From: Thermoplasmatales archaeon SM1-50
GTDB taxonomy: Archaea > Thermoplasmatota > E2 > DHVEG-1
NCBI GenBank assembly: GCA_001595945.1
Contig: LSSI01000025.1
Coordinates: 14,550-78,549, forward strand
DNA length: 64,000 bases
Direction of reading: 5' to 3'
Below the pieces are notes generated by a model, which saw nothing but the letters and a program-made list of their open reading frames with translations, did not search any database and was not told the DNA's origin. The translations under genes and the position numbers were made by a program. This document shows positions 47,788-57,707 of the stretch, piece after piece; position 1 is the first letter of the stretch, and every line of letters starts with the position of its first letter.

Positions 47788-47799
47788 AAAGGTTTTTAA

Positions 47800-48315
47800 A
47801 TGAAAAAAAAAATATTTGTCATCGATACATCAGCGATTCTTTCAGGAAAACCTATTTCTATTGATGGTGCATCACTTGTAACCACCCCTGGTGTTTCTGA
47901 CGAATTTAGCCCGGGTGGACGGGATTATCGAACCTTTGAACTACTCAAGGAAATCGGCCTTGCGATTCATATGCCTTCAAAGGAGGCAATTGATATCGTG
48001 AAAAAAACAGCTCAGCAAAGTGGTGATGATCGCAGGCTTTCAGTCGTGGATTTCGAAGTAGTAGCATTAGCTCTCGATATCAACAAAGAACCAAACATAG
48101 AGGCGACAATTCTAACTGATGATTATTCAATTCAGAATATTGCTTCTCTATTACATATCAAATTTGAAGGGTTTATGCATAAAGAAATAACAAAAAAGTT
48201 TAAATGGGTCTCTCGTTGTCCAGGGTGCGGAAAACAATTTAATGAGATTAAAAAAATCTGTCCTATCTGTGGTACACTTACAAACAGTTCTCTCCTGCAA
48301 AAAAAAGATCTTTGA
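47800..48315 (+). CDS. nob1: Nob1-like endonuclease (PIN domain plus C-terminal zinc ribbon)
   Basis: PIN-domain start KIFVIDTSAIL with acidic residues downstream, and a C-terminal CPGCGKQFNEIKKICPICG ribbon. The size (171 aa) and architecture match archaeal Nob1. Confidence 0.7.
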   Translation: MKKKIFVIDTSAILSGKPISIDGASLVTTPGVSDEFSPGGRDYRTFELLKEIGLAIHMPSKEAIDIVKKTAQQSGDDRRLSVVDFEVVALALDINKEPNIEATILTDDYSIQNIASLLHIKFEGFMHKEITKKFKWVSRCPGCGKQFNEIKKICPICGTLTNSSLLQKKDL

Positions 48316-49146
48316 TTGTGTGAGCGCATGAACATCAAAAAAATGTTTATACAATTTTGGAAAAGTGAAGACAATAAAATTTCCATCATTAGAGACGTTG
48401 TTGTCGCGCTCCTTGCCGTCTTCATTATCTTAATGCTGTTATGGGGTTATACTGGTCAATGGTTTGCTGCTCCGATGGTTGCAATTGAATCAGGTAGCAT
48501 GGAGCATCCAAATTCTCCCTTTGGTCGACTAGGTACGATTGATGCAGGTGACATGGTTCTTGTCCAAAAGGTCGAAAAGAGGAGCGATGTAATCCCGCAT
48601 GGTGGTCCTATATTAGGGGCTGAAGCAGAGAACGGTTGGCAAACCTACGGTGATTATGGAGATGTTATTATTTATAAGCCTCTAGGAAGAACTGATATAT
48701 CACAAATTATTCATCGGGCGATGTGTTGGGTTGATGTTAACAGGTCAAACGGAAAGGCAAGCTATACGATTATTGATTATGGTGTTTACAACGAAACAAG
48801 TCTTAATATTCCTCAGTTAGGATTGTATAATCGTGACCCGGGATGGACGCATTCAGGTTTTCTTACGAAAGGAGATAACAATGAGATAATTGACCAGATC
48901 ACTGATATTTGTCCTCAACCTATTAGAGTAAAATGGATCTCTGGAAAAGCGCGACTTGAAATTCCTTGGCTTGGAACCATCAATCTTTTTTTTGAAGACG
49001 TCCTCCATGGGAAGAATACAGTCGGAAATGTTCATCAAGATAGTTTGATTTGTCTTGGCATTGTGATTGCTATCCTCGTCTCTATACCGATTTTCCTTGA
49101 TGTGTACGATTATTTGAAGAAACGCAAAGCAATGAGTAACCAATAA
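48316..49146 (+). CDS. Signal peptidase I (archaeal Sec11/S26B type)
   Basis: N-terminal TM anchor, then the catalytic-Ser box VAIESGSMEHP and GDMVLVQK. There is a C-terminal TM helix. Confidence 0.7.
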   Translation: MCERMNIKKMFIQFWKSEDNKISIIRDVVVALLAVFIILMLLWGYTGQWFAAPMVAIESGSMEHPNSPFGRLGTIDAGDMVLVQKVEKRSDVIPHGGPILGAEAENGWQTYGDYGDVIIYKPLGRTDISQIIHRAMCWVDVNRSNGKASYTIIDYGVYNETSLNIPQLGLYNRDPGWTHSGFLTKGDNNEIIDQITDICPQPIRVKWISGKARLEIPWLGTINLFFEDVLHGKNTVGNVHQDSLICLGIVIAILVSIPIFLDVYDYLKKRKAMSNQ

Positions 49147-49226
49147 CATGATGGAAGCGATGAAGAGGTTATTTTTTCTTGTTAAAAAAGTAATATTATA
49201 TCCAGCTTTCCAGATTGTGGTTTTCC

Positions 49227-51497
49227 CTAGAAATGGTCAATTGCATCAAATGCTTCCCATTCAACAAACTCCTCACATTCTGTAATGATTCGTTGAGCAT
49301 TTTTTTTCTTTACCCCAATTCTAACAAGATCGTTGATTGTTGCTTGTCGTAATTTTTCTACAGAAGTATAACCAACATTACATAGAAGCACCGCAGTCTC
49401 TTGGTCGATACTGTCAAAAGCGACAAACGGGCTCGAATGATCTGGTTGTTTCTTCGGTCTTTGCTTGATGGTTAGCTCTTTTAAATGTAAATCCATTTTT
49501 TTCTTTTCTAGATCGTGTTCCTTGTTTTTGAGTTTTTGCTCTTCCCGTTCCTTTTTCTTGCGTTCTTTTTCCATTTTTCGTTCAAACGCCTTTGCTTTCC
49601 GAAGCTCTTTTTCCTCCGCTGCGATTCGTACTAATTCCATCGTATTTTTTTGTTGCTCTGAATTTTTACGTTGCTGTATTTCTCCTGTTTCTTGTGCGTT
49701 TCCGATGCGAAGTTTACTGATGTTGATTCTATCGTTTTTCTCATTTAGTTTTTTAAGTTTTTGTTCTTGTTTTTCTGTTTCTTTCGAAAGCTTGTCATTT
49801 AATAAAGAAATATGTCTTTTCTTCTTCTGTTCCTCTTTTAAAAGCCTTTTTGCTTTCCATTCTTTTTCCTTTTCTTTTTGTCTTGCAAGTTTCTCTTCCA
49901 ATTTTTTTTGTTTTTTTAATTTTTCCTTTTTTTCTTTTTTTTCGCCAAACAACTTTTTCTGTTGTTTCTCTTCTAATTTATTGTGTGTCTTTTCTTCTTT
50001 TTTCTTCAAGCATTCTTGCCGTTCCTTTTCTTTTTGTTCTTGTTTTAACTGTGCAGTGCTAGATATTTTTCTTTGATCTTCAGATGTTTTCTTTTTATAA
50101 GACAATGGATCTATGGATTCCTTTTTTAACTGTGAAATTTCCTGTTGCTCTTTTTCCTTTTGTCGTTCTCTTTGTTCTAATTGTATTTGTTCTTCCAGTT
50201 CTTTTTCTCTTGCTTCTTCTGCGTCTTGTTTTGTTTTTAACTCTTGTTTCTTTCGTTCTTCTTTCTCCTTTTTTAACATTGCAATCTGTGTCAATCGTAG
50301 CTTGTCTTTATGTTGTTTTAAAAGACGTTGTCCATCATGTTCATTTTGTTGTCCTAAAGCAATGGTTTTTTCCTCTTCGTAAATCTTTGTTTTCTGATTT
50401 TTTTTCTGAGCTTGTTGAAACTCTAACCATTCTAACTTTTGTTTTTTATCATATTCCTTAGCGAGGCTTTTTACTTCCCGTTTCTTTTGCTTTAGTTGTA
50501 GGCGTACTTGTTTTGCTTCTTCTTTTTTCCTTTTTAGTTCCGCCTTATGCAATGCTGATCGTTCTAAGAATCCTAGCTTTGGTTTTTCTTTCTGATCCTT
50601 TATAAAAGGTTGTTTCCCTCGTTCTTTTTCTTCTGATTTGTCAATGGCCTGTGCTAACTTCACTTCTTTGTCCAATTGTTTTATACCCTGTTCTTTTCTG
50701 CTTGCATCTTTTTTTGCTAGTTTTTCTATCTTTTTTCGTTTTCGATCCTTTTCATGCATAATTTCATCACTTGAAGGTGTGGATGCTTTCCACTCACGTT
50801 CTATCGCTGTGAATTCAACTGGTTCAAATTCAGGTATGGTGTCTTTTAAATCCTGTGAGAATGAAGAGGAGCTGATCTGTGTCTCTTTAGCAGAATGCAT
50901 TTTTTGGGAGTAGGTTATTGTTGGTTTTTCCTCTCTTTCCTCAGAGGCTTCCATAAAGACCTTCTTTGTTATCACTGGGTGAGACTTCTGAAGATTTTTC
51001 TCTTTTCCTTTTTGAGCTGAGATAGCAAGTAAAGATTTTTTTCCTAGCTTTAATTTGTTCGATTCCTCCAATGGTTTGTTTACAAATTTTTTTTCAGTGT
51101 AAGCAGGGATCTTTTCAATTTCAAAGACCTGTTCTTGAGAAAAAGGATTTTCTTTAAAAGGTGTTAATTTTTTAAAAGAAGGTTCTTTTTCTTTTTTTAT
51201 TTCTTGTGGTGGGAGGTCTATCCGAATTACTTTTTCATCTTTTCTCTGGATTTCATCCTTATTTCGGATTACAACTCGTGGTTTTAAACTATCTGGTTTT
51301 GTTTGCAGTAAATCTGAAGAAAATATTTGTTTGTGGTCTTTTAGGGAACTATCGGAAAGTCGTTCTCGTAGGATTTTAAGTTTTTCTTCTTCATATAGCA
51401 AGGGTGCTTTTTGTTTTGGTAAGGAGGCACTATCGATTAATTTATGTAATTTCTCGATATCTTTAATTCGTTTTTTTCTCTCTCGCACCATCAACAT
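49227..51497 (-). CDS. Large Lys/Glu-rich coiled-coil protein with a C-terminal HhH-like globular domain
   Basis: 756 aa. About 600 aa are low-complexity charged heptad-like sequence (EKERQKEKEQQEISQLKKE...). The last ~75 aa are non-repetitive: AVLLCNVGYTSVEKLRQATINDLVRIGVKKKNAQRIITECEEF. The antisense track ORFs 49465-50461 are artefacts of this repeat. Confidence 0.6.
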   Translation of the reverse strand: MLMVRERKKRIKDIEKLHKLIDSASLPKQKAPLLYEEEKLKILRERLSDSSLKDHKQIFSSDLLQTKPDSLKPRVVIRNKDEIQRKDEKVIRIDLPPQEIKKEKEPSFKKLTPFKENPFSQEQVFEIEKIPAYTEKKFVNKPLEESNKLKLGKKSLLAISAQKGKEKNLQKSHPVITKKVFMEASEEREEKPTITYSQKMHSAKETQISSSSFSQDLKDTIPEFEPVEFTAIEREWKASTPSSDEIMHEKDRKRKKIEKLAKKDASRKEQGIKQLDKEVKLAQAIDKSEEKERGKQPFIKDQKEKPKLGFLERSALHKAELKRKKEEAKQVRLQLKQKKREVKSLAKEYDKKQKLEWLEFQQAQKKNQKTKIYEEEKTIALGQQNEHDGQRLLKQHKDKLRLTQIAMLKKEKEERKKQELKTKQDAEEAREKELEEQIQLEQRERQKEKEQQEISQLKKESIDPLSYKKKTSEDQRKISSTAQLKQEQKEKERQECLKKKEEKTHNKLEEKQQKKLFGEKKEKKEKLKKQKKLEEKLARQKEKEKEWKAKRLLKEEQKKKRHISLLNDKLSKETEKQEQKLKKLNEKNDRINISKLRIGNAQETGEIQQRKNSEQQKNTMELVRIAAEEKELRKAKAFERKMEKERKKKEREEQKLKNKEHDLEKKKMDLHLKELTIKQRPKKQPDHSSPFVAFDSIDQETAVLLCNVGYTSVEKLRQATINDLVRIGVKKKNAQRIITECEEFVEWEAFDAIDHF

Positions 51498-51656
51498 TGA
51501 AAAGAGTTCTCTTGTATTAATAAATTTTCATAAGAATACCTTCTCTTGATACAAAAAATTTTTACTTTCTTTTCACAATGAAAATCGAATTATACCCTTC
51601 CAAAGAGTGATGAACTGCAGAGGTCACTTCTGTAAATAATGAATCCACGGCATCAA

Positions 51657-52349
51657 TCAATCATTTTTTATAGCATAAGAGAGCGGGTCTTTTTCACCTA
51701 CCTCTTGAAACCCTTTTAGACGTAGCAGACAAGAATCACAGCGACCACATGCTTTTGCATTTCCCCGATAGCAGGACCAGGTCTTCCAAAAAGGAACGTT
51801 CAATTTTATTCCCTTTCTAATTATCTCAGCTTTTGTTAGATGCAGAAGAGGTGCTTTGATATGAACTGTTTTTCCCTCAATTGCTTGTTGTGTCGCAAGA
51901 TTTGATAGTCGCTGAAACATGTGTATATACGCAGGTCGACAATCAGGATACGCCGAGTAATCGACAGCGTTTACGCCGATAAAGATGGCATCAGCAGTGA
52001 TCGTCTCAGCGAACGCTAGTGCATAGGAAAGAAAAATCGTGTTCCGCCCCGGGACATAAGTCGATGGAATCGTTTTCCCGATGTCTTTTAGTCTATGATT
52101 TTTAATATCACTGGTCGAGGATTTCAGAAGAGATGATTCGCCAATTTCTTCCAGATCAAGTGTTAATATGGTGTGGTTTTTTACCCCTACTACTTTACTT
52201 ATTTTCTTTGCACATGAAAGCTCTTTTGCATGTCGTTGCCCATAGCGAAACGACAATGCGTAAAGGTCATATCCCAGTTTTTTTGCAATAAAAGCGGTAA
52301 CTGCAGAATCAAGACCACCAGAGATCAAGCACACAGCTTTCTTTGTCAT
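51657..52349 (-). CDS. queC: 7-cyano-7-deazaguanine synthase
   Basis: PP-loop CLISGGLDSAVTAF and the C-terminal Zn Cys cluster CGRCDSCLLR. Confidence 0.9.
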   Translation of the reverse strand: MTKKAVCLISGGLDSAVTAFIAKKLGYDLYALSFRYGQRHAKELSCAKKISKVVGVKNHTILTLDLEEIGESSLLKSSTSDIKNHRLKDIGKTIPSTYVPGRNTIFLSYALAFAETITADAIFIGVNAVDYSAYPDCRPAYIHMFQRLSNLATQQAIEGKTVHIKAPLLHLTKAEIIRKGIKLNVPFWKTWSCYRGNAKACGRCDSCLLRLKGFQEVGEKDPLSYAIKND

Positions 52350-52352
52350 GTC

Positions 52353-53522
52353 CTATCTATTCCAAAGGGGAGACATTTGACGTAGTTTCTCGATAATCTG
52401 CGGCATAACTTTTGAAACGTACATGATTTCCTCTCTTGTGTTTTCTCTACCAAGAGACATACGAATGGATCCATGCGCCTGTACCGGATCTAATCCTATC
52501 GCAAGCAAGACATGGGATGCTTGCAGCTTCTGAGATGAACATGCAGACCCTGTCGATGTCGCTATTCCCTTCTCATCTAAGGAGAGAAGAAGTGATTCTC
52601 CTTCGATTCCTGTGAATCTGATATGCGCGTTGTTGACCAGGCGTTTCTCAGGATGTCCGTTCAAATAACTTTCTTCAATTTCTAAGATGTTTTTTATAAG
52701 CAGATTACGTAATGTTTCCATAACAATCATGTCTTTTGTCATTCGTTTTTTCGCAAGTTCACAGGCTTTTCCTAGACCGACTATACCTGGGACATTCAAG
52801 GTGCTGCTTCGTATACCTTTCTCGTGTCCACCCCCGTGAAAGATCGGCTGGACTTTGATACCATTTCGGATATACAACGCTCCTATTCCTTTTGGCCCAT
52901 AGATTTTATGACTAGACAATGCAAGCAGATCAATATGATGTTTCCTTACGTCAATTGGAACCTTTGTGACCGCCTGAACCGCATCAGTATGAAAGAGAAT
53001 TCCATGTTCATGGACAATTTTCCCGATTTCTTCGGTTGGTTGGATGGTTCCAATTTCATTGTTTGCAAACATAATAGAAACAAGGAAGGTATTGTTTGAA
53101 ATAGATACGCGCAGTGAATCAAGGTCAACGATTCCATTGGTATCCACGGGAAGATATTTGACTTTGAAGCCTTGCGTTTCTAGATGTCGACAGACTTCAA
53201 GGACTCCAGGATGCTCAATAGCAGAGGTGATAATATGCGGTCCTTTGGTTTTTCTTTTCTCTTTGTTAAGGTAGGCAATTCCCTTTATTGCAAGGTTATC
53301 TGATTCTGTTCCACCGGCAGTAAAAAATATTTCATCATCACGGCATCCTAGTAGTGAACTCACATGGCTTCTTGAGTCATCCACTGCTTCCTGTGCTTCT
53401 CGACCAAATGCATGAATCGATGACGGATTCCCATAATATTGTGAGAAATAGGGAAGCATTGCGTTCAGTACTTCATTATCAATTTTTGTGGTTGAAGCAT
53501 GATCAAGGAAGATACGTTTCAT
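52353..53522 (-). CDS. Cysteine desulfurase (NifS/IscS, class V aminotransferase)
   Basis: IFLDHASTTKIDNEVLNAMLPYF...GNPSSIHAFGREA, PLP-Lys region SSHKIYGPKGIGALYIR, and an active-site Cys loop (TGSACSS). Confidence 0.85.
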   Translation of the reverse strand: MKRIFLDHASTTKIDNEVLNAMLPYFSQYYGNPSSIHAFGREAQEAVDDSRSHVSSLLGCRDDEIFFTAGGTESDNLAIKGIAYLNKEKRKTKGPHIITSAIEHPGVLEVCRHLETQGFKVKYLPVDTNGIVDLDSLRVSISNNTFLVSIMFANNEIGTIQPTEEIGKIVHEHGILFHTDAVQAVTKVPIDVRKHHIDLLALSSHKIYGPKGIGALYIRNGIKVQPIFHGGGHEKGIRSSTLNVPGIVGLGKACELAKKRMTKDMIVMETLRNLLIKNILEIEESYLNGHPEKRLVNNAHIRFTGIEGESLLLSLDEKGIATSTGSACSSQKLQASHVLLAIGLDPVQAHGSIRMSLGRENTREEIMYVSKVMPQIIEKLRQMSPLWNR

Positions 53523-54477
53523 TACCTTTCACCTTTTCACGTTCCATCATCCGTTGAAGCGGTAGACGAGCCTGTCGCATGATTTCTTTAGACAGATGGA
53601 TTTTTGGTTCTAAAGTTTCCAAACTTTTTAATACTTTTTCTATCGTTGTTTTTTTCATATTTGGGCATACTGCTGAAGGGATTGGATAAAACTTCTTTTC
53701 AGGAATTTCTTTTTCTAATCGGTAGCAAAGCCCTATCTCTGTGCCGATAATAAATTCTTTTTTTGATGATGTTTTTGCATGCCTAACCATTCCATTGGTT
53801 GAAAATACAAAATCCGAAAGAGCAATGACGTCTAGTTGGCATTCAGGATGCAAAAGAATTTCTGCAGCCGGATGTTTCTTCTTTAATGCCATGACCTCCT
53901 CTTTTTTTATATCATGATGTGTGCGACATATTCCCGGCCACAGTATCATTTCTTTTTCTGGGACCTGTTCTTGGATATACAATCCAAGGTTACGATCCGG
54001 GACGAAAATGATTTTTTTTGCGGTCATACTCTTTACGATTTTTACCCCGTTTGCAGAGGTACAACAGATATCAGCTAAAGCCTTTACATCAGCGGTTGTG
54101 TTGATGTATGCCACTACCTTTGCATCAGGGTGTTCTTTTTTCAACCACCCAAGGCTTTCTGCATCGACCATCCCAGCCATGGGGCAGTGTGCTGTATTAT
54201 CAGGGAGAATTACTGTTTTTTCTGGATTGAGTATTCTAGCGGACTCTGCCATGAAATCTACACCACAGAATATGATGACTTTCGCGTTAGTTTGTATTGC
54301 CTTTAAAGACAAATCAAGGGAATCTCCAATAAAATCTGCAATATCTTGGATTTCTGGTTTCTGGTAGTTATGCGCTAAGATGATTGCGTGCTGTTTTTTC
54401 TTTAATTCTTGAAATTTCCGTTGTAATGATTTCTGCATATGTATTTGACTCTTGATTTTTGTCCTGAATGCTACCAT
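53503..54477 (-). CDS. nadA: Quinolinate synthase A
   Basis: AIILAHNYQKPEIQDIADFIGDSLDLS and three Cys-containing repeats of the NadA fold. Confidence 0.9.
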   Translation of the reverse strand: MVAFRTKIKSQIHMQKSLQRKFQELKKKQHAIILAHNYQKPEIQDIADFIGDSLDLSLKAIQTNAKVIIFCGVDFMAESARILNPEKTVILPDNTAHCPMAGMVDAESLGWLKKEHPDAKVVAYINTTADVKALADICCTSANGVKIVKSMTAKKIIFVPDRNLGLYIQEQVPEKEMILWPGICRTHHDIKKEEVMALKKKHPAAEILLHPECQLDVIALSDFVFSTNGMVRHAKTSSKKEFIIGTEIGLCYRLEKEIPEKKFYPIPSAVCPNMKKTTIEKVLKSLETLEPKIHLSKEIMRQARLPLQRMMEREKVKGNETYLP

Positions 54478-54574
54478 GGGACATAAAGCTTCCCCTACCT
54501 ATTATTTTTATTCAACTAATGAAAATCTATTTATCCTTGATGCTGTTTTCATTATTGCAGGAGTTGGATAGTAG

Positions 54575-55027
54575 ATGGATGTCGTAGCATTTATCATTGG
54601 CTTATTAGTCGGTGTAATCACCATAGGAATTGCCATCGAAATAGGAATGAGGCGTGTCAATAAAACTCAACCAGCAACAAGACCGACACATAAATGGAGT
54701 ATCACAGAGATACCAAACCCTCGTATCATCGCGGAGAATATGGGGGCTATTGAAATTCCAAAGGACGCAAAAATCGTGGTTAAACAATATGAAACTGGAA
54801 TGGATTTGAAGGGATTTGACGTAAAGCGTCATTCTGGTATCCGGGGAAACTTTATACTTGGAGATGATCGTGCGTTGGTTCTCTCTGGACCGATTAAACA
54901 GGATGAGTTAGGGATTTGGACCGTTGAAAAGGAGATGCTTGAGAAACTCAACAGATATTTTAACGATACTTGGGAGAAAGCAACACCGCTGACCGACGAC
55001 GAGCAGGACGATGAGCATTCTCATTAA
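54575..55027 (+). CDS. Hypothetical N-terminally membrane-anchored protein
   Basis: Single N-terminal TM helix, then a soluble acidic domain. No family recognised. Confidence 0.4.
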   Translation: MDVVAFIIGLLVGVITIGIAIEIGMRRVNKTQPATRPTHKWSITEIPNPRIIAENMGAIEIPKDAKIVVKQYETGMDLKGFDVKRHSGIRGNFILGDDRALVLSGPIKQDELGIWTVEKEMLEKLNRYFNDTWEKATPLTDDEQDDEHSH

Positions 55028-56300
55028 ACATTCCACGATTCTGACTCAGGATGATTCTCGACAGCAGATCACGGGTGATTTATACATAGAAGATCATCTC
55101 ATAGTGGAATGTTCTAAAACACCGCTTTCTATCGAAGCTGAGTATAAGATTGATGGAAACCATAAACTTGTTCTCCCTGGGCTGATCAATACCCATACAC
55201 ATATCCCTATGACATTATTACGTGGATATGGGGATGATATGCTACTGGGGGACTGGCTTGCAAAACGTATCTGGCCTGTTGAAGCAAAACTTAACAAAGA
55301 ATCAATAAAGAGCGGAGCAGAACTTGGTCTTTTAGAGATGATTGCATCAGGAACGACATCGTTCCTAGACATGTACTTTTTTGAAGAGACCATAGCGAAA
55401 GTCACTGAAAAAGCTGGAATGCGTGGATTTCTTGGTTTTGCGCTTATCGACTTTGATACACCAGAGTTTGCTGCTTCAGAATTACTCCCACAATGTGAAC
55501 AATTTATCAAACGATGGAAAGACAACCCATTGATATCTCCTGTGGTTGCTCCACATAGTACATATTCTTGTAGACCAGAAACGCTTGAAAAATCCCTTGA
55601 GATTGCTACAACGTATCAGGTTCCCTTGCATATCCATTGCTCTGAGACAAGGGCTGAGATATATGATGTTCAGAAGAAATATGGGGTACGGCCTGTTGAA
55701 CAGTTAAAAAAACTTGGTTTGCTTCAAAAAGGTACAAGCCTAGCACATTGTGGATGGATTACGAAAAATGAGATTTATGATATAAAAAACGCGGGTGTTG
55801 CCGTGTCGCATTGCCCAGTAAGCAATTTAAAAATTGCAACCGGTGGTTTTACACCAGTTCCAGAGCTCCTTGATGCGTGTGTCCCTGTTGGTCTTGGGAC
55901 TGATGGTGCCGCGAGTAACAACACCCTTGATATGTTTGAAACTATAAAGTTCTGCGCGCTGGTTCAAAAGAATCACAGATGGGATCCAACTGTTCTTCCT
56001 GCACAGGTGGTTGTAGACTTGGCGACACGTGGTGGTGCCAGCTGTCTTGGTGTTGAACAGGTCTTAGGGTCTCTTAAGGAAGGAACAATTGCTGACGTTA
56101 TCATGATTGATTTGAAAAAACCACATCTCACCCCATTGTATGACCCTCTTTCTCATCTTGTTTATGCTATACGCGGGGCTGATGTATGCACGACAATTGT
56201 AAATGGGGTACCGCTTATGTTTGAGAAGAAATTTCTCACGCTTGATTTTGAAAAGACAATAGAATACGCAAAGAAAATCGCCTTGGGGTTAATTAGTTAA
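55011..56300 (+). CDS. mtaD: Amidohydrolase, 5'-methylthioadenosine / S-adenosylhomocysteine deaminase-like (MtaD/SsnA family)
   Basis: Metal-binding PGLINTHTHIPMTLLRG, a downstream HxH...HCSE block, and GLGTDGAASNN, typical of the ATZ/TRZ-guanine deaminase clade. Confidence 0.75.
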   Translation: MSILIKHSTILTQDDSRQQITGDLYIEDHLIVECSKTPLSIEAEYKIDGNHKLVLPGLINTHTHIPMTLLRGYGDDMLLGDWLAKRIWPVEAKLNKESIKSGAELGLLEMIASGTTSFLDMYFFEETIAKVTEKAGMRGFLGFALIDFDTPEFAASELLPQCEQFIKRWKDNPLISPVVAPHSTYSCRPETLEKSLEIATTYQVPLHIHCSETRAEIYDVQKKYGVRPVEQLKKLGLLQKGTSLAHCGWITKNEIYDIKNAGVAVSHCPVSNLKIATGGFTPVPELLDACVPVGLGTDGAASNNTLDMFETIKFCALVQKNHRWDPTVLPAQVVVDLATRGGASCLGVEQVLGSLKEGTIADVIMIDLKKPHLTPLYDPLSHLVYAIRGADVCTTIVNGVPLMFEKKFLTLDFEKTIEYAKKIALGLIS

Positions 56301-56325
56301 ATAGCAGGTTTATTCCTGGGATATC

Positions 56326-57588
56326 ATGCTGAATCTTATCGGGGTTGTCATTGCTTTCGCTGTTATTCTTTTTCTCATCAGAAAAAAAGTGAATTTTGGT
56401 TTGTCGTTGTTTCTTGGCTCTATTATCGTTGGAGTGTTTTCTCTTCAGATTATCACTCCTTTGGATATCCCAAAAGCGATGATCGAAGCAAGTTTCTATT
56501 CCTTTGAAAAACAACAAATTGTAACAGGTACTCTTGAACTTGCTTTGCTTATGACGTTGATTTTCATCTTAGCGAAATCAATGCAGGAAACCGGAGCAAT
56601 CACCCGACTTATTGATAGCTTGCGAACGTTTTTCTCTAAAGGTGGCATATTGGCTGTTATCCCTGCTGTTTATGGATTAATGCCTGTCCCTGGTGGCGCG
56701 TTATTTTCTGCTCCTCTCATAGATAAGGAAGGAGACAAATACAACCTAAAAAACAATCAAAAGAATTTTTTAAACATTTGGTTTCGCCATATATGGTTTC
56801 CCATCTATCCAATATCATCGGCGATGATACTGATCTGCAGTATTAATTTCTCCGGAATTCCGATTCAGAACCTCATTGTTGCGAATCTCCCAGCTTTTCT
56901 TGGAGTTATTTTCATCGGATTTATTTTTCTTAAGCGCTTCTCTAGTAACGCTCCTGAACAAACCAGCACCACACGTAGGGATTATCAGGGTTTGATGTTT
57001 ATTCTTCCACCGATTATCCCTGTATTGTTCTATCCTTTGAAACTTTTTGACCTCTCTGAGACAAGATGTTTCCTTGTTGGTGTGTCTGTTAGTCTGCTCT
57101 TGTTGTTCTTTCTACTTGATATAGATTCTAAAAGTTATATAAGGATTCTGAAGAAATCGTTGACATGGAATCTAGTATCCGCCATTTTTGGAATTATGAT
57201 TCTACGAGAAATGATACGGATATCCCAGATGCATATGCTGGTCACAGAGACGATGCAAAACCTTGCATTCCCCGCATTACTCATTGTGATCCTTATCCCG
57301 CTCCTTCTTGGGACGTTGACTGGCTATAATCTCGGTGCTGTAGCTCTTTCCTTTCCTTTAGTTGATCCGTTTTTTTCGTTCACCGGAGTACAACTTCTTG
57401 GTGTTACAAGCGCTATTTTCATAAGTTCTCTTATAGGGTATCTCATCTCCCCAATACATCTGTGTAATGTCCTAAGCAGTGAATATTTAAAGACAGATAC
57501 GACGCGGATGTACAAGATGTTTCTCCCGGCAGCGCTCGTTGTGTTATGTATTCAAATCTTCTTTGTGATTCTTGTTTTTCCAACGTAA
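56326..57588 (+). CDS. Polytopic membrane protein, putative permease of unknown specificity
   Basis: About 11-12 predicted TM helices with inverted-repeat-like halves. No confident family assignment. Confidence 0.45.
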   Translation: MLNLIGVVIAFAVILFLIRKKVNFGLSLFLGSIIVGVFSLQIITPLDIPKAMIEASFYSFEKQQIVTGTLELALLMTLIFILAKSMQETGAITRLIDSLRTFFSKGGILAVIPAVYGLMPVPGGALFSAPLIDKEGDKYNLKNNQKNFLNIWFRHIWFPIYPISSAMILICSINFSGIPIQNLIVANLPAFLGVIFIGFIFLKRFSSNAPEQTSTTRRDYQGLMFILPPIIPVLFYPLKLFDLSETRCFLVGVSVSLLLLFFLLDIDSKSYIRILKKSLTWNLVSAIFGIMILREMIRISQMHMLVTETMQNLAFPALLIVILIPLLLGTLTGYNLGAVALSFPLVDPFFSFTGVQLLGVTSAIFISSLIGYLISPIHLCNVLSSEYLKTDTTRMYKMFLPAALVVLCIQIFFVILVFPT

Positions 57589-57707
57589 ATTTTTTTTGAA
57601 TATTCAATACACTGATTCCGTAGGCACCCGTGGTCTGTGTTTATGTTTATAAATAAGAGCAACACCTTAAGTGACGATAAGTATTATAAAAAGTCAAAGT
57701 CTATCGA

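Noticed and set aside
49465-50461. Several plus-strand ORFs (203, 125, 89 and 70 aa) rich in Phe/Ser/Cys/Leu
   Set aside because: They are the antisense reading of the purine-rich KE-repeat gene at 49227-51497. Low-complexity antisense frames stay open by chance.
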